Assembly (NCBI GenBank): GCA_963929955.1
Contig: CAWVKQ010000074.1
Span: forward strand, 1-62,114
Direction: 5' to 3'
Source of the DNA: Bacillota bacterium
Lineage (GTDB): Bacteria > Bacillota > Clostridia > Peptostreptococcales > Anaerovoracaceae
DNA: 62,114 nt
Position numbers and translations under genes: made by a program. Position 1 is the first letter of the stretch. Each line of letters opens with the position of its first letter. Below, piece by piece: positions 28,532 to 37,820 of the stretch. The notes beneath the pieces are model-generated. The model saw nothing but the letters and a program-made list of their open reading frames with translations, was not told where the DNA came from and made no database searches.

Positions 28532-29611
28532 ATGGTTTACACAGAAGAACAAATCAAAAAGGCCGATGCGATCAGAAACGAATACAAAAAGCACCTGAAC
28601 ATAGGGCAGGAATTTCTGTATCTCAGCGAACAGGACTGCATCGATACCGGAACGACCGATATGGAGATAATAGAGGCCACTGAGCAGGGCATGATAGCTT
28701 ACTCCAAGAAGATAATCGAGATGCCTGCAAAAATAGGCATCCACCCAATGGACGACTGCCTCATGCACGCCATGCCCGCAAATCTTCCTGATCAGTACGC
28801 CTGCGGCATAAAGTGGGGCTCCAACTTTCCTACAAACAAGGAGCTGTATCCTGACGTGATCCCTACAAACTGCCAGATAATATACAACGACGCTCTGACA
28901 GGGCACATGATGGCGCTTATGGACGCCAGCTGGATAACAAAGGTCCGTACGCCGGCTACGGCTCTCGTTGCCATAAAGTATGCCGCTAATCCGGGCGCCA
29001 AGACCTTCGGCATGATCGGCTGCGGCATACAGGGAAAAGCAAACGTAAAAATGGTGGAAAACATCCTGACAGATCTTGAGACCATATACGTTTACGACAA
29101 GTACGAAGAAGCAATGGATGCCCTTATAGCTGAGGATCAGGACAAGGTGAAGGCAAAGATAGTAAAAGCCAAGAGTCTTGAAGAGCTGGTACGCGCCTGC
29201 GATGTTATAATATCCGCCCTCCCTATAGTTCATCATCCTAATCCGCCTGTAAAGAAGGAATGGGTGCATAAGGGCCAGACCATAGTATGCCTGGACTGCC
29301 ATACAGTATATGAGGACGCTGTATACAAATCAGCGGACAAGTATTATGTTGACAGCAAAGAGCAGCATGAACTGCTCATAGGATACGGGTATTATCCGTA
29401 CGGACTTCCCGAGATCACGGGGGAGACCGGAGAGCTGGCTGCGGGAACGGTTCCCAGAAGAGAAAGGGAAGATGAACTCATAGTGATAAACAATGTGGGA
29501 ATGGCATCAGAGGATATGATGTGCGCAAAGATCATATTCGAGAGGGCCGTGAAGATGGGGCTTGGAATAAAGCTGCCTCTGTGGACGTCCACAAAGGGAC
29601 TGCTCAAGTAA
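28532..29611 (+). CDS. Ornithine cyclodeaminase/mu-crystallin family protein (paralog 2)
   Basis: MPAKIGIHP..HAMPA..GIKW, ITKVRT, GMIGCGIQG and NVGMASED; ATG after AGGAG. Confidence 0.9.
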   Translation: MVYTEEQIKKADAIRNEYKKHLNIGQEFLYLSEQDCIDTGTTDMEIIEATEQGMIAYSKKIIEMPAKIGIHPMDDCLMHAMPANLPDQYACGIKWGSNFPTNKELYPDVIPTNCQIIYNDALTGHMMALMDASWITKVRTPATALVAIKYAANPGAKTFGMIGCGIQGKANVKMVENILTDLETIYVYDKYEEAMDALIAEDQDKVKAKIVKAKSLEELVRACDVIISALPIVHHPNPPVKKEWVHKGQTIVCLDCHTVYEDAVYKSADKYYVDSKEQHELLIGYGYYPYGLPEITGETGELAAGTVPRREREDELIVINNVGMASEDMMCAKIIFERAVKMGLGIKLPLWTSTKGLLK

Positions 29612-29630
29612 TAAAAGAGAGATATAAGAG

Positions 29631-30248
29631 ATGAAAATACTTATGATAAACGGAAGCCCGCATGAGAAGGGCAACACCCATGCGGCCCTGAGTGAGATGG
29701 AAAAAATATTTATCCGCGAGGGTGTTGAGACAGAGACGGTGCATGTGGGAAACAGGGATATACGCGGATGTATCGGATGCCGCAGATGCATGGAGCTTGG
29801 AAGATGCGTGTTTGACGACTGCGTCAACGAGATCGCGGAAAAATTCAGAGGATGCGACGGCCTGGTAGTGGGAACTCCCGTATACTACGCCTCGGCGAAC
29901 GGAACGCTCGTATCGCTTCTTGACAGACTTTTTTACAGCTCGCCCTTTGATAAGACGATGAAGGTGGGAGCCTGCGTTACTGTTGCAAGAAGAGGAGGTC
30001 TGTCGGCCACATTCGATCAGCTCAACAAGTATTTTACGATCAGCGGTATGCCTGTGGCTTCGGGGCAGTACTGGAACAGCGTACACGGCCAGCTTCCGGG
30101 AGAGGCAGAGGGGGACGCCGAAGGTCTTCAGAGCATGAGGACGCTTGCGAAAAACATGGTGTTTCTCATGAGAGCCATCGAGCTGGGAAAAGAAAAATAC
30201 GGCCTTCCGGAAAAAGAGGAGCCTGCACGTACGAATTTCATAAGATAA
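29631..30248 (+). CDS. Iron-sulfur flavoprotein (flavodoxin/NADPH-dependent FMN reductase family)
   Basis: NGSPHEKGNT, CIGCRRC..GRC compact Cys motif, GTPVYYA and ARRGG. Confidence 0.88.
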   Translation: MKILMINGSPHEKGNTHAALSEMEKIFIREGVETETVHVGNRDIRGCIGCRRCMELGRCVFDDCVNEIAEKFRGCDGLVVGTPVYYASANGTLVSLLDRLFYSSPFDKTMKVGACVTVARRGGLSATFDQLNKYFTISGMPVASGQYWNSVHGQLPGEAEGDAEGLQSMRTLAKNMVFLMRAIELGKEKYGLPEKEEPARTNFIR

Positions 30249-30269
30249 AAGCGGTAAACAGCTTGACGG

Positions 30270-30307
30270 GAAATATCAATGGCAAATGAGCCATTGATAT
30301 TTCTTTT
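30270..30307 (+). terminator. Intrinsic terminator overlapping the next promoter
   Basis: GAAATATCAATGGC-N6-GCCATTGATATTTC-TTTT; TTGATA (30294)-17-TATAAT (30317) overlaps it. Confidence 0.8.
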
Positions 30308-30360
30308 GTGTGGGATTATAATAATCAATGTATACAAAATTTGTAAGGAAGGGATGACAG

Positions 30361-31104
30361 ATGCTTAAAGTAGAGAACCTGAGCTTTTCGGTGATGGAAA
30401 AAGGAAAAAGAGTCAACATACTGTCGGATATAAGCTTTGAAGTGGAACGGGGAGAGATGCTGGTCATAACAGGACCTAACGGAGGAGGAAAATCCACTCT
30501 CGCCAAGGTGCTGATGGGAATAGAAAGAGCGGATTCCGGACGAGTCATACTGGACGGATGCGACATAACGGATATGGATATAAACGAAAGAGCCGAGGCG
30601 GGAATAGGCTTTGCTTTCCAGCAGCCGCCAAGATTCAAGGGAATGACGGTGGACAGGCTCATATCTCTCGCAGCGGGAGAGAAAAAAAGCGAGGCCGAAT
30701 GCTGTGAGCTTCTGAGCCGCGTAGGGCTGTGCGCTCAGGAGTACGTGAAAAGACAGGTTGACAACACTCTGTCGGGCGGCGAAATGAAGAGACTTGAAAT
30801 AGCCACAGTGCTGGCAAAGCCTCATAAGCTATGTATATTCGACGAGCCTGAGGCAGGGATAGATCTGTGGAGTTTTTCCATGCTCATACAGCAGTTTGAA
30901 GAGATAAAGAAGGACGAGAATCAGAGCCTGATACTTATTTCCCACCAGGAAAGGATAATGGAAATGGCTGACAGAGTAATGGTGATAGAGGAAGGCAGAG
31001 TAGCAGGAATGGGAAAAAGGGAGGATATACTTCCCGGACTCATAAAGCAGGGACCTTCATGCTGCGCTTATCTGAAGAGAATAGAAGGACAGGAGGGGGC
31101 GTAA
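30361..31104 (+). CDS. SufC-like ABC ATPase (minimal SUF/SMS type)
   Basis: GPNGGGKST, AFQQP, LSGGEMKRLEIA and DEPEAGID; adjacent to a SufB-like gene. Confidence 0.85.
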   Translation: MLKVENLSFSVMEKGKRVNILSDISFEVERGEMLVITGPNGGGKSTLAKVLMGIERADSGRVILDGCDITDMDINERAEAGIGFAFQQPPRFKGMTVDRLISLAAGEKKSEAECCELLSRVGLCAQEYVKRQVDNTLSGGEMKRLEIATVLAKPHKLCIFDEPEAGIDLWSFSMLIQQFEEIKKDENQSLILISHQERIMEMADRVMVIEEGRVAGMGKREDILPGLIKQGPSCCAYLKRIEGQEGA

Positions 31105-32031
31105 ATGGCTGAAATAGATAAAGTAACACAGGCTATACTGAAGTATATAGACGAGCTGGGATTCAAACAGGAGGGCGCCTTTAACCTGAGGCATAACGGA
31201 ACGGCTCTCTGCCACGGTAACAGCGATCACGTGAGGATAGTAAAGAAAGAAGACAAGCAGGGCATAGACGTTTATATCGACGGAGATACTGACGGGGAAC
31301 AGGTACACATACCTGTTGTGGTGGATGCTTCCGGATTCACGGACAGAGTTTACAATGACTTTCACATAGAAGACGGGGCGAATGTGATCATAGTAGCAGG
31401 CTGCGGCATACACAACAGCGGCCACGAGGACAGCAGGCATGACGGCATACATTCATTTTTCATCGGAAAGGGAGCCAATGTGACTTATAAGGAGAACCAT
31501 TACGGCGAGGGTGAAGGAGACGGCGCGAGGATACTTAATCCCGTGACCAGGATATTCATGGAGGAAAACAGCGTTTTCACTCTGGATACGTCTCAGATAA
31601 AGGGCGTTGACTCGACAAAGCGGGAGACTGAGGTGGTCATGGGAAAAAACAGCAGACTTTTTGTAGTGGAAAAGCTCATGACTCACGGGACTCAGACCGC
31701 TGAGTCCAACATGAAGGTCGAACTGAACGGCCCGGGAAGCTCAGCCCAGATAGTGTCAAGATCAGTGGCAAAGGACGGCTCCGGACAGGTATTCCATCCG
31801 GCTGCCGTAGGCAACGCCAAATGCAATGCCCACATACAGTGCGATTCGATAATAATGGACAGCGCCAGGGTGAGATCCATACCTGAGATAGACGCGAGAC
31901 ATCTGGATGCGGCCATAATCCATGAAGCAGCCATAGGCAGGATAAACGACGAGCAGCTCGTGAAACTCAGGACGCTGGGTATGACTGAGGAAGAGGCGGA
32001 AAGTGTGATAATAGAGGCGTTCCTCAATTAG
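31105..32031 (+). CDS. SufB/SufD-family Fe-S scaffold (minimal SUF/SMS type)
   Basis: Beta-helix-like sequence with SRSVAKD, HIQCDSII and HEAAIGRIN..QL.KL.TLG. Confidence 0.88.
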   Translation: MAEIDKVTQAILKYIDELGFKQEGAFNLRHNGTALCHGNSDHVRIVKKEDKQGIDVYIDGDTDGEQVHIPVVVDASGFTDRVYNDFHIEDGANVIIVAGCGIHNSGHEDSRHDGIHSFFIGKGANVTYKENHYGEGEGDGARILNPVTRIFMEENSVFTLDTSQIKGVDSTKRETEVVMGKNSRLFVVEKLMTHGTQTAESNMKVELNGPGSSAQIVSRSVAKDGSGQVFHPAAVGNAKCNAHIQCDSIIMDSARVRSIPEIDARHLDAAIIHEAAIGRINDEQLVKLRTLGMTEEEAESVIIEAFLN

Positions 32032-32055
32032 AGGGGGATGCGGCCGAGGTGTAAT

Positions 32056-32814
32056 ATGAAGCTTATATCGTGGAATGTCAACGGGATAAGAGCAGCCATG
32101 GGAAAGGGATTTCTCGATTTTGTAAAAAAGGAAAGCCCTGATATCATGTGCGTGCAGGAGACGAAGATGCAGGAGGGACAGGCAGAGGTGCCCCTTGACG
32201 GGTATCATCAGTACTGGTGCTCCGCTGAGAAAAAAGGATATTCGGGCACAGCGATGTTCTCAAAGGAAAAACCTGTCTCGGTATCATACGGACTGGGGAT
32301 ATGCGAGCATGACAGGGAAGGAAGAGTCATAACGGCCGAATACCATGATTTTTACATGGTGGACGTATATGTGCCAAATTCTCAGGACGGCCTCAGAAGA
32401 CTTGACTACAGGATGAAATGGGAAGACGACTTCAGGGAATACCTTAAGAACCTTGAAAAAAGAAAGCCTGTAATAATCTGCGGTGATTTCAACGTGGCGC
32501 ATAAGGAGATAGATCTGAAGAATCCCAAGACAAACAGAAAAAACGCAGGATTCACAGATGAGGAAAGAGACAAGATGACAGAGCTTCTGGAGTCAGGGTT
32601 CACAGATACATTCAGATACTTTCATCCCGATGCGGAAGGGGTGTATTCCTGGTGGAGCTACAGGTTCAACGCAAGGAAGAACAACGCCGGATGGCGTATA
32701 GACTATTTTCTCGTGTCCGAATCACTTGAGGACAGGCTGGAGAAGGCAGAGATACTGACGGATGTGTATGGGAGCGATCACTGCCCCGTTCTTCTGGAGA
32801 TAGATGTAAGATGA
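32056..32814 (+). CDS. exoA: Exodeoxyribonuclease III / AP endonuclease
   Basis: SWNVNGIRA, QETK, GDFNVAH, GWRIDY and SDHCP motifs. Confidence 0.96.
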   Translation: MKLISWNVNGIRAAMGKGFLDFVKKESPDIMCVQETKMQEGQAEVPLDGYHQYWCSAEKKGYSGTAMFSKEKPVSVSYGLGICEHDREGRVITAEYHDFYMVDVYVPNSQDGLRRLDYRMKWEDDFREYLKNLEKRKPVIICGDFNVAHKEIDLKNPKTNRKNAGFTDEERDKMTELLESGFTDTFRYFHPDAEGVYSWWSYRFNARKNNAGWRIDYFLVSESLEDRLEKAEILTDVYGSDHCPVLLEIDVR

Positions 32815-33545
32815 TCTGCATATTCTTTTTCGAGGGGGTCAAAAAGATCAGCGAATCCCGCCACAGTATGGCTGAAAGGCTCATGGTGACAGAGCTTGAC
32901 GACAGTTTTGAGTTTACTGAGACAAGAGAGTATATATTCAGACAGCCGGAGGATTACGAGATATATTCAGGAGACATAGACAGGATCGTTCTGGAAAGAT
33001 GGCGTACCGTTATGGAAGACGCGGCGTACGATCTTGGGGAGGATCCGGTCATACTGTTTCCCAGCGAAAGGGATTTCAGGCTGTTCAGCGTCATGAAGGG
33101 AAAGCTGGGGATACATACGGGCGCTCTTGAGTATTATTCCTTCGAAGCTCTGCTGCAGCTTGCGGATACGGAAGAAGGCGAAGGAGAGCTGGATCTCATA
33201 AGAAACAGGATAAAGGCGGAGGCAGAGACTGAAGCCGGGAGAAATTCATCTGACAGATGGGGCATGGAAGGCAGGATAAAAAACACCTGTGCAAAGTACG
33301 GAATGAAGGCTGAGATAAAGGGCGGGATCGTATATGTGACAACGTACGGGGGAGAGTGGTATTTTTCGTACAATGACAGACCCATAACGCTTTATCATAA
33401 AAATTCCGTCCCCGTAAAAGGAAGGGACGGAAAGTTAAAACGTCATTTTCACATACAGAAGGTGGATCTCTATTCACCTCTTCACGCTCTTGCATACATA
33501 AGAAATCATGAGAGAGCCGAAGAAAGGAGACTCATGGGGAAATAG
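32811..33545 (+). CDS. Hypothetical protein coupled to exoA
   Basis: 244-aa ORF overlapping the exoA stop (ATGA); no intact motif recognised. Confidence 0.65.
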   Translation: MICIFFFEGVKKISESRHSMAERLMVTELDDSFEFTETREYIFRQPEDYEIYSGDIDRIVLERWRTVMEDAAYDLGEDPVILFPSERDFRLFSVMKGKLGIHTGALEYYSFEALLQLADTEEGEGELDLIRNRIKAEAETEAGRNSSDRWGMEGRIKNTCAKYGMKAEIKGGIVYVTTYGGEWYFSYNDRPITLYHKNSVPVKGRDGKLKRHFHIQKVDLYSPLHALAYIRNHERAEERRLMGK

Positions 33546-33559
33546 AGGATGCCTCCTCT

Positions 33560-34594
33560 TTATATCATGCCGATAAAATGCTGGACTGCAAGTGACACGA
33601 CCGCCACAACGAACCAGCAGCAAAGGCCGAGACATATAGGCTTCAGACCATTGGTCAGAAGCTTTTTTAAATTGGTGTTCAGGCCTATGGCTGTCATGGC
33701 CATGACGATCATGAATTTTCCTGTCTGTACAAGAGCCTCCGAAACGGCTGAAGGCACAGGAAGGAATGTGTTTATCACAGCTGTGAACACGAAGCCCAGA
33801 ACAAACCATGGGAACACCCTGGCTATGCTGAAGGAACTCTTATCGTCCCCCTTAAGACGAGCTTCATTTGCCGCCTTACCGGCAGTATACAAGGCCAGAA
33901 CAAGAGTTATGGGAACGATCATGAGGGTCCTTGTGAGCTTTACTATGGTGGCAAAGGCAAGGGCGGTATTGTTACCGGCGCTGCTGCTCCAGGATGCTCC
34001 TGCGGCCACTACGGAAGAAGTATCGTTTATGGCAGTGCCTGCCCACATGCCGAAGCCCGTATCGCTGAGCCCGAGAAGGTGGCCGAGGGGCGGGAATATG
34101 AACACAGCTATTATGTTAAAGAGAAATATGGTGGATATGGCCTGAGCAACGTCCTCGTCCCGTGCTTTTATGACAGGAGCGGTGGCGGCTATGGCGGAGC
34201 CTCCGCATATGGACGTGCCGACACCTATGAGGGTGGTGGTCTTGCCGTCGATCTTCATGGCTCTTCCCACAAGGTATGCGGTGATGAATGATGAGGTCAG
34301 AGTAAAGATCATCACCATGAGCGATTGGCCGCCGACCCTTATAACGTTGAAAAGATTCATCTCAAAGCCAAGAAGTATTATGGAATACTGAAGTATGTAT
34401 TTTGAGGTGAACTTTATGCCGCTGTCCAGGACAGCGGGTCTTCTGAAAAAGGCCAGTATCAGTCCGAAGAGTATTCCGAATACAGGCCCGCCTATTATGG
34501 GGAACGCTTTCCCGAGAATCCATGCGGGAACAGCGATTATGAAGCAGGCAGCTATGCCTGCGAGAGTCTTTGTTTCAAAAAATTTGTCTTTCAT
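33560..34594 (-). CDS. YeiH/putative sulfate exporter family membrane protein
   Basis: GTSICGGSAIAA, AGTAINDTSSVVAA and KLTRTL motifs; start moved to MKDKFF. Confidence 0.88.
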   Translation of the reverse strand: MKDKFFETKTLAGIAACFIIAVPAWILGKAFPIIGGPVFGILFGLILAFFRRPAVLDSGIKFTSKYILQYSIILLGFEMNLFNVIRVGGQSLMVMIFTLTSSFITAYLVGRAMKIDGKTTTLIGVGTSICGGSAIAATAPVIKARDEDVAQAISTIFLFNIIAVFIFPPLGHLLGLSDTGFGMWAGTAINDTSSVVAAGASWSSSAGNNTALAFATIVKLTRTLMIVPITLVLALYTAGKAANEARLKGDDKSSFSIARVFPWFVLGFVFTAVINTFLPVPSAVSEALVQTGKFMIVMAMTAIGLNTNLKKLLTNGLKPICLGLCCWFVVAVVSLAVQHFIGMI

Positions 34595-34688
34595 TCTTCC
34601 AATTATATCATCAAAGGCTTTGTGGTCAAAGAAATATTTGTAATTTCTTTCCTTGTTCCAAAATATATTATTGTGGTGGTGATGTTTT

Positions 34689-35504
34689 ATGATCTTTATG
34701 ATAAGGAAGAAGCGGCTGAAAAAACTGATAGGATCTCTGGCAGCCGTATTTATGATCGCGGCGGCAATATTTTCCGGGGTAAAGATAACAGACGGGGGCA
34801 GCGTAAGCACATCAGCTGACGGCAACTGGGGCCTCAGCTTCCAGGAAGAAGGCAAGGCTCCCGTGGGGAACGCGACGGCTGAGTATCTGGCAAAATACAA
34901 CGGCTGTTACGCAGGAGACGGAAAGGAGAGGGTGATGTATCTTACATTCGATGCAGGATATGAAAACGGATACACTGCGAATATACTGGACGTCCTGAAA
35001 AAACATGATGTAAAAGCAGCGTTTTTTCTCGTGGGGAATTACATAGAGACAAGTCCGGAGCTTGTTAAAAGAATGGTAAGAGAAGGGCATCTTGTGGGGA
35101 ATCACACATATACCCATCCCGACATGTCTGAGATAGCTTCAGAGGAGGCATTCAGAGAGGAGCTGACAAAGCTGGAGGAAGCGTTCAGCCGGGTAACGGG
35201 AAAGAAAATGAAAAAATATTACAGGCCGCCTCAGGGAAAATACAGTGATGCGAATCTTAAAATGGCCGAAAAAATGGGGTATAAAACCGTGTTCTGGAGC
35301 CTGGCTTACGTAGACTGGTATGAATCGGACCAGCCGACGGAAGAGGAGGCCATGGAAAAACTCATACCAAGGACTCATCCGGGAGCCATAGTGCTGCTTC
35401 ACAGCACCTCAAGGACCAACAGCGAGATACTGGATCGGCTCCTAACAAAATGGAAGGATATGGGATACAGCTTCAAATCCCTGGAAGATATTAAATTTAT
35501 GTAG
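34689..35504 (+). CDS. pdaA: Polysaccharide deacetylase, PdaA-like (spore cortex muramic delta-lactam synthesis)
   Basis: YLTFDAGYENGYT, GNHTYTHPDM, RPPQG, FWSLAYVDW and HPGAIVLLH motifs; N-terminal signal/anchor. Confidence 0.82.
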   Translation: MIFMIRKKRLKKLIGSLAAVFMIAAAIFSGVKITDGGSVSTSADGNWGLSFQEEGKAPVGNATAEYLAKYNGCYAGDGKERVMYLTFDAGYENGYTANILDVLKKHDVKAAFFLVGNYIETSPELVKRMVREGHLVGNHTYTHPDMSEIASEEAFREELTKLEEAFSRVTGKKMKKYYRPPQGKYSDANLKMAEKMGYKTVFWSLAYVDWYESDQPTEEEAMEKLIPRTHPGAIVLLHSTSRTNSEILDRLLTKWKDMGYSFKSLEDIKFM

Positions 35505-35560
35505 AATATAAGCAAAATTCGTTGTAAAATATAAGAAGAGAAAAGGGAAAGGAGAAAACC

Positions 35561-35719
35561 ATGCATTTGCTCGTAGCGCTGGGAATACTGGTAGCAGTCA
35601 TAACAGTAGCGATATTCAAGGTGAACAAGTGGCAAAGCGAAAGATATGTCAGGCTGGCTCAGAAGGCAAAGAAAGCAGATGATGCCGATGATGCTGACGG
35701 CGATGATGGGAAAGAATAA
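35561..35719 (+). CDS. 52-aa single-TM small protein (below the ORF-track cutoff)
   Basis: GAAAGGAG RBS; MHLLVALGILVAVITVAIFKVNKWQSERYVRLAQKAKKADDADDADGDDGKE*. Confidence 0.6.
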   Translation: MHLLVALGILVAVITVAIFKVNKWQSERYVRLAQKAKKADDADDADGDDGKE

Positions 35720-35722
35720 TGT

Positions 35723-35750
35723 AACAGAGACGTATCTCCTTTCATAGTAT
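35723..35750 (+). promoter_or_regulatory. Sigma-K-type promoter
   Basis: AACA-N16-CATAGTAT fits the mACm-N16-CATAnnnT consensus. Confidence 0.5.
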
Positions 35751-35779
35751 ATAGCATACAAATGAAAGGAGATTTTTAA

Positions 35780-36019
35780 ATGGCGAATTGTAGCTGGTCC
35801 AAAAGACCTTCGACTGTTAATATAACATGTGCTTCCTGCAGCTTTACGGGAACATGTGAAAGCTGCGGCTGCAGATCCGCTATACCTGAGTGCGGCACTG
35901 ACTGCGGCTGCGGATGCCAGAGCAGCGGTACTGGCTCTGCGGCAGGCACCGCCTGGACGTCGGAAAGGTGCGTTTACCCGGGATCATCCTGCGGATGCTG
36001 CGACTGCTGTTGCTGCTGA
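35780..36019 (+). CDS. Cysteine-rich small protein (18 Cys in 79 aa)
   Basis: Strong GAAAGGAG RBS; CxxC/CxC clusters, ends CGCCDCCCC; hairpin downstream. Confidence 0.75.
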   Translation: MANCSWSKRPSTVNITCASCSFTGTCESCGCRSAIPECGTDCGCGCQSSGTGSAAGTAWTSERCVYPGSSCGCCDCCCC

Positions 36020-36124
36020 CTGGAAGCGGCGCGAAGAATACGGAAAAAGAGGGATCTCCAAAGCCGGCAGGCAGAGGAGACTCCCTCCTTTTTTAATGCA
36101 TCAGGCAGACGGCTCAAGATGCCG

Positions 36125-37483
36125 TCAGTTCTTCAGGCTCTGCATAGGCGCAGGTATGCGTCCGCCTCTGTCGATGAATACTTTCGGAGATCTGTCGTTT
36201 ACAGCCATGACAGGTCCGCTTCCGAGAAGGCCGCCGAAATCCAGAATCTCGCCTTCGCTGCGTCCTATAGCGGGAATGAGTCTCACTGCCGTGGTCTTGG
36301 AATTCACCATGCCTATGGCGGCCTCATCGGCTATTATGGCAGCTATTATTTCAGGAGGCGTGTCTCCGGGTATCACGATCATATCAAGCCCTACAGAGCA
36401 TACGGCAGTCATGGCTTCAAGTTTTTCTATCGAAAGGCTTCCTGAGCGCGCAGCCTCTATCATACCGGCATCCTCTGATACGGGTATGAAAGCGCCTGAA
36501 AGTCCGCCTACAGTGGATGAGGCCATGACGCCTCCCTTTTTCACAGCATCGTTCAGCATGGCGAGAGCGGCTGTAGTGCCGTGAGCGCCGCACTGCTGCA
36601 GACCTATCTCCTCAAGTATGTAGGCTACGGAGTCGCCTACAGCGGGTGTTGGGGCAAGGGAAAGATCTATTATACCGAAAGGAACGCCCAGCTTTGAGGA
36701 AGCTTCGCTCCCCACAAGCTGCCCCATCCTAGTTATTTTGAAGGCAGTCTTTTTAATGATGTCCGCTACCTGAGAAAGAGGAGCATCATGGGGCATCTTC
36801 TCAAGCGCCGCTCTTACGACCCCAGGTCCGGAGACCCCTACGTTTAAGACGCAGTCGGGCTCCCCTATGCCGTGGAAGGCTCCTGCCATGAATGGATTGT
36901 CCTCGGGAGCGTTGCAGAAGACGACCAGCTTGGCTGCTCCTATACAGCTTCTGTCTTTTGTCAGTACGGCGGCCTCCTTTACGGCGCTTCCCATCATCTT
37001 TACCGCATCCATGTTTATGCCGGCCTTGGTGGAGCCTACGTTAACGGAGGAGCATACGAGCTCGGTACGGGACAGAGCCTCCGGTATGGAAGCTATAAGC
37101 TCTCTGTCGCCTGCGGCAAAGCCCTTCTGCACGAGAGCCGAGTATCCTCCGATAAAGTTTACTCCTATGGAACGTGCCGCGCGGTCAAGAGCCAGGGCAT
37201 ACTTTACGGGATCGCCGCCCGAGGCTGCCAGCAGCATAGAGACAGGCGTTACAGACACTCTTTTGTTTACTATGGGGATGCCGTATTTTTTTTCTATCGC
37301 TTCTCCCGTACTTACCAGCTCGCCTGCCTTTGAGCATATTTTTTCGTATATCTTATCACAGGATCTTTCTATATCGGCATCGCAGCAGTCCAAAAGCGAT
37401 ATACCCATGGTTATGGTGCGTATGTCCAGATGATCCTCCTGTATCATGGTTATGGTCTCCATGATATCCTTTGTGTTGAGCAT
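36125..37483 (-). CDS. DUF711 / UPF0210 (PFL-like) family protein
   Basis: [35 protein letters not shown] and CSVGLDM motifs. Confidence 0.92.
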   Translation of the reverse strand: MLNTKDIMETITMIQEDHLDIRTITMGISLLDCCDADIERSCDKIYEKICSKAGELVSTGEAIEKKYGIPIVNKRVSVTPVSMLLAASGGDPVKYALALDRAARSIGVNFIGGYSALVQKGFAAGDRELIASIPEALSRTELVCSSVNVGSTKAGINMDAVKMMGSAVKEAAVLTKDRSCIGAAKLVVFCNAPEDNPFMAGAFHGIGEPDCVLNVGVSGPGVVRAALEKMPHDAPLSQVADIIKKTAFKITRMGQLVGSEASSKLGVPFGIIDLSLAPTPAVGDSVAYILEEIGLQQCGAHGTTAALAMLNDAVKKGGVMASSTVGGLSGAFIPVSEDAGMIEAARSGSLSIEKLEAMTAVCSVGLDMIVIPGDTPPEIIAAIIADEAAIGMVNSKTTAVRLIPAIGRSEGEILDFGGLLGSGPVMAVNDRSPKVFIDRGGRIPAPMQSLKN

Positions 37484-37525
37484 GTTTGCCTCCTCCTGAA
37501 ATCAGCCTGTTTACGGTATATGTCC

Positions 37526-37789
37526 TCAGATCCTGTGCATGGAATTGAAGATGTCCTCATGCATGACGTGTACGGTCATTGTGGGAACATCGTTTTCGAT
37601 GCTGGATTTAAGCTCTTCCAGAGAGCAGTTCATATGGTCTATATCAACTATCATTATCATGGCGAAATATTTGTCGAGCACAGACTGTGTGACCTCGGCA
37701 ACATTGGCCTGCGCCCTTGCACAGGCAGAGCTGACCTTTGCCAGTATGCCGACGGCATCCTTTCCTATTACGGTGATAACAGCTTTCAT
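37526..37789 (-). CDS. ACT-domain protein (UPF0237)
   Basis: AVITVIGKD.VGI...HEDIFNSMHRI; usual partner of DUF711. Confidence 0.92.
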   Translation of the reverse strand: MKAVITVIGKDAVGILAKVSSACARAQANVAEVTQSVLDKYFAMIMIVDIDHMNCSLEELKSSIENDVPTMTVHVMHEDIFNSMHRI

Positions 37790-37820
37790 GTATATTCCTC
37801 CTGAAAATTCGTTTTTTACC

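Noticed and set aside
34595-34900. N-terminal extension of the YeiH ORF containing HHHH
   Set aside because: It is antisense to pdaA and its promoter; the real start is probably 34594.
35829-36584. 251-aa plus-strand ORF overlapping the Cys-rich gene
   Set aside because: It has no RBS, crosses a terminator and is mostly antisense to the DUF711 gene; its Ala runs are the alternate frame of TGC repeats.
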